Under the pieces are notes generated by a model, which saw only the letters and a list, made by a program, of their open reading frames with translations, ran no database searches and was not told where the DNA came from. The position numbers were made by a program, and so were the translations under genes. Of a stretch of 64,000 nucleotides of DNA, positions 18,972-27,861 are shown one piece after another. Within the stretch, counting starts at the first letter, position 1. The number at the start of each line of letters is the position of its first letter. The DNA is from Polyangiaceae bacterium. Its GTDB lineage: Bacteria; Myxococcota_A; Polyangia; Polyangiales; Polyangiaceae. The stretch lies in the NCBI GenBank assembly GCA_965222375.1, contig CBDCTZ010000016.1, positions 2,624,001-2,688,000 of the forward strand, read 5' to 3'.

Positions 18972-21900
18972 CTAGTCTCGAATCTTGCGATTCCCGCGAC
19001 TCTTGCGACGCCTTGCGGCGGCGAGAGTGATTGCTGCGCCCAAGAGGGCGAGGCCAGCGGGAGGCCAGCGCGAGGGCTTGGTGGTGCGGCAAGCGCAGCC
19101 ACCGCCACCGGTTGCGAGGCCCCAGACGCCCTTCTCGGGCTTGCTGCTGGTGGTGCGACCGCCCGTGCCCGTACTGCCACTGACACCCGCGTCCGGATCG
19201 CTGCCGCCGACACCGGCGTTGCCACCCGCACCCCCGGTACCACCGGCGCCGCCCGCGCCCGCTTCAGGAGCCCAGTGACACTCGCCGGCGACGCACTCTT
19301 GAGCTGCCGGGCAGACGACGCCTTCACAGGGGTCATTGCCGCAGGCTCCGGTCTTCGGATCGCAAGTAGCGCCGTTGGCACAGGGCAATCCGCCCTCGGT
19401 GATGCACTTGTCGGGACCGCAGGAGAAGCCGCCGTCGCCGTCGCCCTGGCAAACCTGCCCGGTTGGGCAGTCGGAGCCGCAGCCCGTGGCAGTGCAGGTG
19501 CCTTCGACGCACTCTTCACCGGCGGAGCAGGTCACGCTGGCGCAAGAGCCGACGCAGCGGGCGTCGTCGAAGGTGGCGTTGGGCTTGCAGACTTCGTCCG
19601 CCTTGCAGGGGTTGGGGCTGCAAGGATCGGCGACACAGACGCCGCCGTTGCAGAGCTTGCCATCGGGGCAGCCGAAGAAGTTGCAGTTGCCCGTGGGTTG
19701 ACAGGTGCCCGCGGCCGGGCCTTGCAGAGCACATTCCTGTCCGCTGGTGCAGACGATGCCGTCGCAGGGGTGCACGCACTTATTACCCTTGCACAAGCAC
19801 TCGGGTAGTTTGCCTGCGGTCCCGCTCGGTCCGCACAGGACATCGCCGGTCGTCGGGTCCTTGACCGTCTTGGCGGAGCAGTCGCCACAGTTGTCGCTGA
19901 CGCAGAAGTCGCCGGCGGACTGCTGAGTGCCGCTCTTCTTGACCTGCTTGCACTGGCTGCCGGTGGGGCAGGGGAATTCGCCGGTGCCGCAAGGCTCGGC
20001 GCACTGACAGGCACCAGCCTGCACTTCCACGCAGGTCTTGCCGGGATTGCACAGCGCCGGCCCGGTGGGCGGATTCTCATTGTCGACCACGCCGTCGCAG
20101 TCGTTGTCCGCGCAGTCGCAGATCTCTGGGCTGGGGCCTACGCCGCCAGCACAGGTGAATTTGCCCTTGTCGCAGATCCACTCGCCTTGCCTGCACTCGC
20201 CCTTGTTCACGCCGCAGGCGTCGCCGATCTTGGTGCCAGGCTGCAAGGGGTCTTCGGTGCCGTCGATGCCATCGGGAGCGGGACCGGACTCGTCGATCTG
20301 ACCGTCGCAGTCGTTGTCCTTGCCGTCGCAGACCTCCGGGCTGGGCCCGACGCCGCCGTTGCAGATCTGCCCGCCATTGCCGTCACAGGCAGTGACGCCG
20401 GGCTTGCACTCACCCTTGGTGCGGTCGCCCGGGTAGGCGTTGGTGTCGTAAGTGGCGTTGCAGGCACCGCCGAGGGGGATGCCGTTGTCGATGGTGCCGT
20501 CGCAGTCGTCATCCTTGCCGTTGCACAGCTCGGTGATTGGGCCCTGCCCGCCATTGCACTTGATGGTGCCGTTGTCGCAGATATTGGTGCCCTTCTTACA
20601 CTCACCGACGTCGGAGCCGCAGGCCACGCCGACGGGGGGCCCGAGGGCCTCGTCGGTCTGGTTGTTGCAGTTGTTGTCGGTGCCGTCGCAGACCTCGGGG
20701 GTGGGCTTGGTGCCGCCTTGGCACTTCCACCTGTTGGCGCCATCGCAGACGAGGGTGCCGGTCTGGCAGGGCGAGCTCAGCGTGCCCGTGCCCTGGCAGG
20801 TGCCACCCGCAGGCGGACACCAGGTCAGGTTTTGGTGCGAGCAGACCGGATTGCAGCCCGTGGGAGGCTCGGTCCAACAACCCGGAGCAGCGGGCTGATC
20901 CGTCAGGGGTGCGTTGTCGGCGGTGCCGTCGCAGTCGTCGTCGAGGCCGTTGCAGCTCTCGGGCTGAGGCGGGGTGCCGCCCTGACAGACGATGACGCCG
21001 CCGACGCAGGCCGTCGTGCCCTTCTTGCACTGGCCCGTAGCTAGACCGCAGCTGGCGCCCAAGTTGGGCACGCCCTCGTCGACCTGGCCATCACAGTCGT
21101 TGTCGATGCCGTCACAGACTTCCTGAGAGGGGCCCGTGCCGCCGGTGCAGGTGCCGTTGCAGGGCAGCAGGCCCTTGGTGCACTGACTGTTGGGGAAGCC
21201 GTCTTCCTTGTACTTCAGGCTCGGATTGGGCGTGCAGGGCACCGGCGGGATCCCCTCGTCGATGGTGCCGTTGCAGTTGTTGTCCAGTCCGTCGCAGATC
21301 TCGGACTGGGTGGTGAATTGGCAGGCGCCGAAGCCCTTGGGCTGGCCAGCCGGCACGCAGCCGCCCACGGCCACTGGGGTGCCCGGATAGCCCGGCGCTG
21401 GACCGGCGCTCTGGCAGCTGCGCACACCGGCGCAGTTGGCCGGGGGCGAAAAGCCACAAGCGATGTCGGCGATGCCGTCATCGGCAAAGCCGTTGCAGTT
21501 ATTGTCACAGCCGTCGCAGATTTCGGCGCTGGGTGTGCAGCCGCCGGGGCAGGCACTGAAGGGCACGCCGGAGCCGGCGGCGTTGTCGATGATGCCGTCG
21601 CAATCGTCGTCTTCGTTGTTGCACGTCTCGGGAAGCGGGCAGTGGACGGGGTTGCCGCACTTGTTGAAGCCCTCGTCGACTTGGCCGTCGCAGTTGTTGT
21701 CGACGTTGTCGCAGATCTCCTTGGGGTCGAAGCACAGCCAAGTGGCGGGATCTTGCGACTGGGGCACCGTGGTGCAGGGCAGCAAGTCCAGATTGCCCTG
21801 GGGGTTACCGGGGGTGATCGAGTTTTGGTAGTTGGTCAGGCAGTTGTTGCGCTGGGTCTGATTGGCCCAGGAGCAGCAGGTCTTGCCCGCGCCGGTGTTG

Positions 21901-23048
21901 CAATAGTGGCTGTAGCCCTCGTCGATGCAGGTGTTGCAGTTGTCGTCGGAGTTGTTGCAGACCTCGGGCTTGATCGCCCCAGAGATGATGTTGGCCAGGG
22001 CTTGGCTCAGCTGAGTCTCGTTCGTGACGAACAACGAAGAACCCGTGCCTCCGGCAAGCGCAATGGCATCAGTGTTGGCCTGAGTGCCACCCGCAAAGTT
22101 GATTACGTGCGTTCGGATCTTGAAGTTTGTGCCACCCACGGTCACACCGTTGTTGAACAGGTCGGCAGCAGCCGCCACGGTGGCGGGCTGCCCGTCACAG
22201 GTATCGTCTCCGTCCGTCAGTAGAATGACGTTCACCGTGCGGCAGCCGGGGTCCGAAGTTGAGAGCGGCGAAGGGAACGAGATGCTGGCGTCGGGAGCGG
22301 TCCAGCCGCTCTGAAAGTAGCGCTTCATGTCGCGCAGTACGCCGTTCAGTGGGGTTGCACCTGCCGCGAAAAGCTCAGTGTTTCCGCTACAGCTCGTATC
22401 ACTCCAGGACAACAGTTGCGCGACGTTCGACGGGGGAGGCGGTGTGACGTCCGCTAACATGGGTACTCGAATGAAAGCACCCGCTCTCGTGGCTACGCCG
22501 CCCGGCCGCGGTCCACATCCGGCGCAGATGCCGGTTGTCGTGATTTCCTGCGGGAAACAGGAAGCGGTGCACCCGAAGGAATCTGACAGACAGCATTGCG
22601 AGTTGGGTACCGGAGCACACGCCGCACCCGTAGTGCACTGGCTGGTGCACCCCGCTGGACAGTTGGACAACGTGACGGCGAAGGTCCCAAGCCCGAAGTT
22701 CACCTCGCCTGCGAAGGCCTGCACGGTCTTCGTAAACGCGCATTTCGCGTCGTTGTAGCGGGTGGGAAGAAAGCCGCAGGAGTTGTTGACCGCGCCGCTT
22801 CCGCACTTCTGCGGATACGCGGTCGGCGGGTTCGTGCAGGCGGTCATGGAGCCCGACGTATCCACCACCATCATGAAGTACGGCTTCGCCGGAGGCGGCC
22901 ACATCTTTGGATCCGGCGAGCTGCAATCGAAGGGCTGCGCAAGTGCGACACTCGGCGTCGCACTCGTCAGAGCAAATGCTCCCAGCGTGCACAACGCCAC
23001 GGCGCTTATTCGCGCCAACCGACCGGCGGTCTTAGGGCTAGACTGCAT
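18972..23048 (-). CDS. Giant secreted Cys-rich surface protein, copy 1: same architecture as 14785-18963 with a different vWA head
   Basis: Signal ending VALA-Q. MIDAS FMMVVDTSGSM, GATPLNGVL, ILLTDG. Same repeat stalk and GGGGCACR...RRRK tail. ATG 23048. Confidence 0.88.
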   Translation of the reverse strand: MQSSPKTAGRLARISAVALCTLGAFALTSATPSVALAQPFDCSSPDPKMWPPPAKPYFMMVVDTSGSMTACTNPPTAYPQKCGSGAVNNSCGFLPTRYNDAKCAFTKTVQAFAGEVNFGLGTFAVTLSNCPAGCTSQCTTGAACAPVPNSQCCLSDSFGCTASCFPQEITTTGICAGCGPRPGGVATRAGAFIRVPMLADVTPPPPSNVAQLLSWSDTSCSGNTELFAAGATPLNGVLRDMKRYFQSGWTAPDASISFPSPLSTSDPGCRTVNVILLTDGDDTCDGQPATVAAAADLFNNGVTVGGTNFKIRTHVINFAGGTQANTDAIALAGGTGSSLFVTNETQLSQALANIISGAIKPEVCNNSDDNCNTCIDEGYSHYCNTGAGKTCCSWANQTQRNNCLTNYQNSITPGNPQGNLDLLPCTTVPQSQDPATWLCFDPKEICDNVDNNCDGQVDEGFNKCGNPVHCPLPETCNNEDDDCDGIIDNAAGSGVPFSACPGGCTPSAEICDGCDNNCNGFADDGIADIACGFSPPANCAGVRSCQSAGPAPGYPGTPVAVGGCVPAGQPKGFGACQFTTQSEICDGLDNNCNGTIDEGIPPVPCTPNPSLKYKEDGFPNSQCTKGLLPCNGTCTGGTGPSQEVCDGIDNDCDGQVDEGVPNLGASCGLATGQCKKGTTACVGGVIVCQGGTPPQPESCNGLDDDCDGTADNAPLTDQPAAPGCWTEPPTGCNPVCSHQNLTWCPPAGGTCQGTGTLSSPCQTGTLVCDGANRWKCQGGTKPTPEVCDGTDNNCNNQTDEALGPPVGVACGSDVGECKKGTNICDNGTIKCNGGQGPITELCNGKDDDCDGTIDNGIPLGGACNATYDTNAYPGDRTKGECKPGVTACDGNGGQICNGGVGPSPEVCDGKDNDCDGQIDESGPAPDGIDGTEDPLQPGTKIGDACGVNKGECRQGEWICDKGKFTCAGGVGPSPEICDCADNDCDGVVDNENPPTGPALCNPGKTCVEVQAGACQCAEPCGTGEFPCPTGSQCKQVKKSGTQQSAGDFCVSDNCGDCSAKTVKDPTTGDVLCGPSGTAGKLPECLCKGNKCVHPCDGIVCTSGQECALQGPAAGTCQPTGNCNFFGCPDGKLCNGGVCVADPCSPNPCKADEVCKPNATFDDARCVGSCASVTCSAGEECVEGTCTATGCGSDCPTGQVCQGDGDGGFSCGPDKCITEGGLPCANGATCDPKTGACGNDPCEGVVCPAAQECVAGECHWAPEAGAGGAGGTGGAGGNAGVGGSDPDAGVSGSTGTGGRTTSSKPEKGVWGLATGGGGCACRTTKPSRWPPAGLALLGAAITLAAARRRKSRGNRKIRD
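19003..22005. repeat. ~3.0-kb direct repeat, copy B (partner at 14840-17842)
   Basis: As for copy A. Confidence 0.95.
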
Positions 23049-23361
23049 TTGAAAATTCCGTATGGACACCTGTCGCGACTGCCCCGCGCAGCTGGCGACA
23101 AAATAAGGGGATATGACCACGGTACACCGCTGTACCCGCCCCCTCAAGGGGCCGTTCAGGGGGCGTGTCGCACCTTGTCCTACATCGTGACTATGCCGCT
23201 ATCGTCCGTGGTGTCGATACAGGCGAGCTCCCCGGCCACAAGCTCTGCGCCGCAAGCTGCGCAGCAGGCTCACAAACCGCGCGAATCGGTCCAATCCGAC
23301 GCCCTTCAAGGGCGCGTCACTCTTGACGCAAACCCGCACCCGGGGGACCGAAACGACCGCC

Positions 23362-24414
23362 ATGACCAGCGTTGGTAGGCCCAGTGGGCGATTCACCCAA
23401 CACCGTCGCTTGGATCGACTTCGCGAATTATTAGCGCGCCACCCCCGGGGGCTCTCCTTGTATGAGCTTGCCGACGCCCTGGATGTGAGCCCGCGCACGA
23501 TGCGGCGCTACCTCAAAGAGGTCGAGCGCGAGTTCGATTTGGAGGCCAAGCCAGCCCGGGGTGGCGGGGCGCTGCTGTGGCGAATTCGCGCCAGTGAGAT
23601 CCCCCGCAAGGTCGAACTGCGCCGCACCCAAGCCTACGCGATCCTGGCCGCCCGCCGCTTGTTCGAACCCATGCGGGGCTCGGCCCTGTTCGAGGAAATC
23701 GATCTGGCCATCAACAAGCTGCTCGCGTTCGCCCAGCGCCCAGGACGAGGGCCGAACGCCGGACTGGCCGACGCGCGGCTCGAGGATCGCTTTCTCTATT
23801 TGCCGTTCGCGCCGAAGAACTACGCCGACAAGACGGATGAACTCGACGATCTGTTTCAGGCCGTCTCAGACTTGCGTCCCCTTTCTCTGCTCTACAAGAG
23901 CGGCGGCAAGGCGAAGGAAGAACGGATTTTCGTTCACCCTTACGCCATGGTGCTCCATCGTGATGCCATCTACTGCGTTGGCCACCACGTCGACCGAGGC
24001 GAGATCCGCACGTTTGTGCTCGATCGCATGCGCGACACTCAATGCTCCTACACCGAGCGCTTTGCCTTGCCGGATGACTTCGACGTTGGCGAGTATTTCC
24101 AGGGCGAGTTGGGCGTGTGGAAGAGCCAGAAGCGGCAGAAGGTCGTGGTGGAGTTCGACGCTCAAGCGGCGGAATACGTGCGCATGCGCAAAGTGCATTC
24201 CACTCAAAAGCTGCAAGGCATCGCGGGCGGCGGTGTGCGTTTGACCATGACCGTCGGCAATCTGAACCCAGTGACGAGTTGGGTGCTGGAGTGGGGCGCG
24301 AGAGCCAAGGTGATCGAGCCGCCCGAACTCGTTGCACGCGTGAGCACGGAACTCAGCGAGGCGCTCTCTGCCTACAAGAAGCGCGCGCCGCGCAAAAAGC
24401 GGGCGAAGCGCTAG
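23362..24414 (+). CDS. WYL-domain transcriptional regulator (HTH-WYL-WCX; PafB/YafY-like)
   Basis: wHTH SLYELADALDVSPRTMRRYL. WYL core LLYKS...ERIFVHPYAMV...IYCVGH...GEIRTFVLDRM. WCX SWVLEWGARAKVIEPPELVARV. ATG 23362. Confidence 0.92.
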   Translation: MTSVGRPSGRFTQHRRLDRLRELLARHPRGLSLYELADALDVSPRTMRRYLKEVEREFDLEAKPARGGGALLWRIRASEIPRKVELRRTQAYAILAARRLFEPMRGSALFEEIDLAINKLLAFAQRPGRGPNAGLADARLEDRFLYLPFAPKNYADKTDELDDLFQAVSDLRPLSLLYKSGGKAKEERIFVHPYAMVLHRDAIYCVGHHVDRGEIRTFVLDRMRDTQCSYTERFALPDDFDVGEYFQGELGVWKSQKRQKVVVEFDAQAAEYVRMRKVHSTQKLQGIAGGGVRLTMTVGNLNPVTSWVLEWGARAKVIEPPELVARVSTELSEALSAYKKRAPRKKRAKR

Positions 24415-25061
24415 CGCCGACGAGGCTGTGGGAAGACGGCGCTCACCGAACGAAAGTAGCGATAGTAGGCCAGAACTTTGGCCACGTAGTGGCGCGTCTC
24501 TTCGTAGGGCGGAATTCCACCGTGTCGCGCCACGGCGCCTTCCCCGGCGTTGTAACCCGCAATCGTGAGGGACAAATCTCCGTTGAACAGATTGGCCAAC
24601 ACGCGCAGATAACGGACGCCGCCGAAGATGTTCTGCCGCGGGTCGAAGATATCGGTCACCATCATTCTCTCGGCCGTCTCCGGAATGAGCTGCATAAGCC
24701 CCCGGGCGTTGGCGCGAGACACGGCTCGGGGGTCGTAGTCGCTTTCGACTTTGATCACGGCACGTACCAACTCTTCCGGAATTTGGTAGAGCGTTGCGGC
24801 CTGGCGAATGTGGGCGTCGTAGCGTGTGAAGCGTTCGGCGGACGTGTCGCTGGGGAGGATGGGTTTGACTTTGGGCCGCTTCCTCTCTTTCGTGACCAGC
24901 TTGCTCTTCTTGCCGCGGGGAACGTTGGTAAAGGAGACCACCCCATGCTCGTCCACGGTCTTGTAGATGTCCGCCTGGCTAGCGGGCGACGTCAGGAGCA
25001 AAGCGAGCGCGCCACCGGCGGCGAGGCCCAGGGGAAGCTTCCTTTTTGCCGTGAGATTCAT
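24411..25061 (-). CDS. Secreted lytic transglycosylase (SLT domain) with an N-terminal DUF4124-like segment
   Basis: Signal peptide, ADIYKTVDEHGVVSFTNVP, AVIKVES, AVSRANARGLMQLIPETA, FDPRQNIFGGVRYL, AGYNAGEGAV, IPPYEETRHYV. Confidence 0.92.
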   Translation of the reverse strand: MNLTAKRKLPLGLAAGGALALLLTSPASQADIYKTVDEHGVVSFTNVPRGKKSKLVTKERKRPKVKPILPSDTSAERFTRYDAHIRQAATLYQIPEELVRAVIKVESDYDPRAVSRANARGLMQLIPETAERMMVTDIFDPRQNIFGGVRYLRVLANLFNGDLSLTIAGYNAGEGAVARHGGIPPYEETRHYVAKVLAYYRYFRSVSAVFPQPRRR

Positions 25062-25278
25062 CGAACTCCGAAATGGTAGCGGTGCTGCGGGCGAAAGGTC
25101 CAGCAAACCGAAAAATACTCGTGCGTGATGGTAAACGCTCGTACAGCCAGACGCATTCCCTCAGGCCGCGCCCTCCGGCGCGGCTGCAGGCCACAGGATT
25201 GGCGGCTTTTTCCTCGATCTGCGCCAGCGCCTGAGCCGCCTCGTTGACTCGCCGAAGTCATCGGGCGATAGCTTTTTC

Positions 25279-25800
25279 ATGATCGAGCTCCGACCGAAAA
25301 CCCTACAGCGCATCCGTGACCAACTCCTCGATCTGGGGGCACCCCCCAGCACGCACTTCATGCGGGCGGCGGACGCCGACGATCCATTCTCCGGGGACGA
25401 CGATGCGCGCGCCCGTTTCGAGGCGCTGTTTGAGGCCATGTACCTGATGGTGGTTGCTGACGGCACCGTGGCTGACGTCGAGCGTGAGGTTCTGCGTGGG
25501 GCGGTTCGGGGTCTGACGGACAACGCCGTGCGAACCAAGCACATCGAAAAGCTGATGGGGGAGTGCGACGCGCGAGTGAAAGAGGGTGTCAAGGCACGCC
25601 TCGCGGCGATCGCGCCCGTCCTGAAAGAGGACGAAGCGTTGATTGACGCGGCGTTCTCGCTCGCGGCGGCGATCGCTTTCGCGGACGACGAAATCCAGGA
25701 TCAGGAAAACGACTTGATCAATGACCTGGCGGATGTCCTAGGCCTGGGTGCGGAACGCGCCGAGGACCTGTTGATGGCATTGGAGAAAGACTCCGAGTAG
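25279..25800 (+). CDS. TerB-like (tellurite resistance) protein
   Basis: EAMYLMVVADGTVADVER and AAAIAFADDEIQDQE..LI..LA..LGL, the two ADG/ADD acidic motifs of TerB-like domains. Confidence 0.8.
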   Translation: MIELRPKTLQRIRDQLLDLGAPPSTHFMRAADADDPFSGDDDARARFEALFEAMYLMVVADGTVADVEREVLRGAVRGLTDNAVRTKHIEKLMGECDARVKEGVKARLAAIAPVLKEDEALIDAAFSLAAAIAFADDEIQDQENDLINDLADVLGLGAERAEDLLMALEKDSE

Positions 25801-25824
25801 ATCGAGCCAGACGTCCGGACTGGC

Positions 25825-27813
25825 TCAGGTTTCGGTGAGGTAGGTGTAGCTGCGAAGGGCAGATTCGTAGTGCTGCATCAGCGTGCGCATCTGCTCGTTG
25901 GTCAGCCTGCCACTTTGTACCGCTCGATCGGCTTGGCGGCGCACAGCTTCGACCATGTCTTCGGGTACGTATTCCACGTAGCGCAGCACTTCAGCGATGC
26001 TGTCGCCTTTCACTACATGGCGCACTTCGTATCCGTCGTCGGTCAGTGCGACATGCACTGCGTTCGTGTCCCCGAAGAGGTTGTGCAGGTCTCCCAGGAT
26101 CTCTTGGTACGCGCCGTTCAGAAACATGCCCAAGTAGTAGGGGCGGTCCTTGGACCACTCGTGCACCTCGAGTACGTGCTTGTCTTCTTCCACGTCGATG
26201 AAGTTGTCCACGACGCCATCGCTGTCACAGGTGAGGTCCGCCAAGCGTGCCGTGACCGTGGGCCGCTCCGAAAGCCGGTGAATCGGCACGATTGGGAAAA
26301 GTTGATCGATTGCCCAAATGTCGGGTGCCGACTGAAACAGACTGAAATTGCAGTAGTAGATCGCGCTCAGGGTCTGCTCCAGGTGCGACAGCTCTTCGGG
26401 CACGAACTTCAGTCGTTTGAGTCGCTCCTGGATCTTCTCACAGCACGCCCAAAACAGTCGCTCTGCCTGGGCGCGTTCCCGCAGTCCCAGGTAACCGTAT
26501 TTGAAGAGGTTCTGCGCCTCTTCTTTCGCCTGGCTGGCGTCATGCCAGCTCTCCTGAACGTTCTTTACGCTGATGCCGCGGTAGGTTTCGTACAGGTCTT
26601 TGAGCAGGCGGTGGGTCGCCGTGGTGGGTTCGACGGGATCTCCAAATCGGACTTCGCTGGTGCCAACTACCTCGAACACGAGGACTGAGTGGTGCGCCGC
26701 TATGGCTCGCCCGCTCTCACTGACGAGGGTCGGCACCTCCACCTCGGACTTGGTGCAGGCTGCCTGAATGTGAGACACCACATCTGCGGCGTATTCGGCG
26801 AGGCCGTAGTTCTTGGATGCATGGAAGTCCGTTTTGGAGCCGTCGTAGTCGATGGCCAAACCACCGCCCACGTCCAGGTAGCCCATGGCGCAACCCAGCT
26901 TAGCGAGCTCCACGTAGATGTTGGCAGCTTCTTGGATGGCGCTCTTGATCGGAATGATGCTGGAGATTTGGCTCCCGATGTGAAAGTGGAGCAGCACCAG
27001 CGAGTCGAGCATGTCGCGCTCGGCCAGGGTATCCACCAGTTCCACGATCTCGCTGGAAGACAGCCCGAACTTCGCGCGGTCCCCCGCGGAGGCTGCCCAG
27101 CGGCCAACGCCTTTGGTGGTCAACTTTGCGCGCACGCCCAACATGGGCTTGATGCCGAGCTTCTCCGAGGCACGCAAGACAACGTCTAACTCGTCGGCAC
27201 GTTCCAGTACCACGATTACGGTCTTGTCGAACTTCTGTGCGACCAAGGCGGTCTCGATGTAGCTGTGATCTTTATAGCCGTTGCAGATGATCAGCCCGCC
27301 AACGTCTTGCATCGCCGCTAGGGCAATCAACAGTTCGGGCTTGCTACCCGCCTCGAGGCCGAATTGCCATTGCCGACCCGCATCGACGATGGCTTCCACC
27401 AAGTGGCGCTGCTGATTGACCTTGACCGGGAAAACTCCGCGGTAGCCGGCCCCGTATTCGTGTTCGCGAATCGCGTGGGCGAAGCACTCGTTGATGCGCC
27501 GAATCCGGTGCCCGACGAGGTCTGGAAAGCGGATCAACAATGGGAGTTCGATGCCGCGTGCTTTCAGCCCCTCGGTCAGCTCGGACAGATTGATGCTGCC
27601 CTCACGAGTCGGATCCGGACGCACCACCATTTCGCCCGACTCGGACACGGAGAAGTACGGCGCGCCCCAGCCGCTCACCTGGTACAGTTGCGCGCTCTTG
27701 TGGGCCGACCACTCGTCGTCTTCTTCTTTCACAGTAAAACAATCCGACTGATGCCGGGGAGGGCTACCCGGCGGGCGACTCAATAGCGCGCACCTGCCGG
27801 GAGCGGGAGTCAT
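25825..27813 (-). CDS. speA: Biosynthetic arginine decarboxylase
   Basis: WGAPYF, GVFPVKVNQ, GLEAGSKPEL, ICNGYKD, AKFGL, HFHIGSQI, DVGGGLAIDYDG, SESGRA, DLTCDSDG, GAYQEILGDLHNLFGDT. Exact start uncertain. Confidence 0.96.
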   Translation of the reverse strand: MTPAPGRCALLSRPPGSPPRHQSDCFTVKEEDDEWSAHKSAQLYQVSGWGAPYFSVSESGEMVVRPDPTREGSINLSELTEGLKARGIELPLLIRFPDLVGHRIRRINECFAHAIREHEYGAGYRGVFPVKVNQQRHLVEAIVDAGRQWQFGLEAGSKPELLIALAAMQDVGGLIICNGYKDHSYIETALVAQKFDKTVIVVLERADELDVVLRASEKLGIKPMLGVRAKLTTKGVGRWAASAGDRAKFGLSSSEIVELVDTLAERDMLDSLVLLHFHIGSQISSIIPIKSAIQEAANIYVELAKLGCAMGYLDVGGGLAIDYDGSKTDFHASKNYGLAEYAADVVSHIQAACTKSEVEVPTLVSESGRAIAAHHSVLVFEVVGTSEVRFGDPVEPTTATHRLLKDLYETYRGISVKNVQESWHDASQAKEEAQNLFKYGYLGLRERAQAERLFWACCEKIQERLKRLKFVPEELSHLEQTLSAIYYCNFSLFQSAPDIWAIDQLFPIVPIHRLSERPTVTARLADLTCDSDGVVDNFIDVEEDKHVLEVHEWSKDRPYYLGMFLNGAYQEILGDLHNLFGDTNAVHVALTDDGYEVRHVVKGDSIAEVLRYVEYVPEDMVEAVRRQADRAVQSGRLTNEQMRTLMQHYESALRSYTYLTET

Positions 27814-27861
27814 TTTTTCGCTTGGCTGCGACCGATCAGGTTACGCGCTTGTCGCGATGCC

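Noticed and set aside
18964..19092. ORF-track N-terminal extension of the second vWA gene overlapping the first, suggesting a fusion or frameshift
   Set aside because: ATG 18963 is followed by a normal signal peptide and copy 1 ends in its own anchor and stop, so these are two separate genes.
11693..22005. Diversity-generating retroelement (FGE/C-lectin domain, near-identical repeats, two AAC-to-GAC/GGC differences at 15249 and 15482-15483)
   Set aside because: No reverse transcriptase is in the window. The repeat is 3 kb rather than ~100-150 bp and does not cover the FGE domain. The other differences are synonymous C/T changes, not adenine-specific.
23166..23186. PafBC-type promoter (TGTCGG-N10-TA-N3-T)
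   Set aside because: The sequence is TGTCGC-N9-TACATC, so the spacing and last base do not fit.
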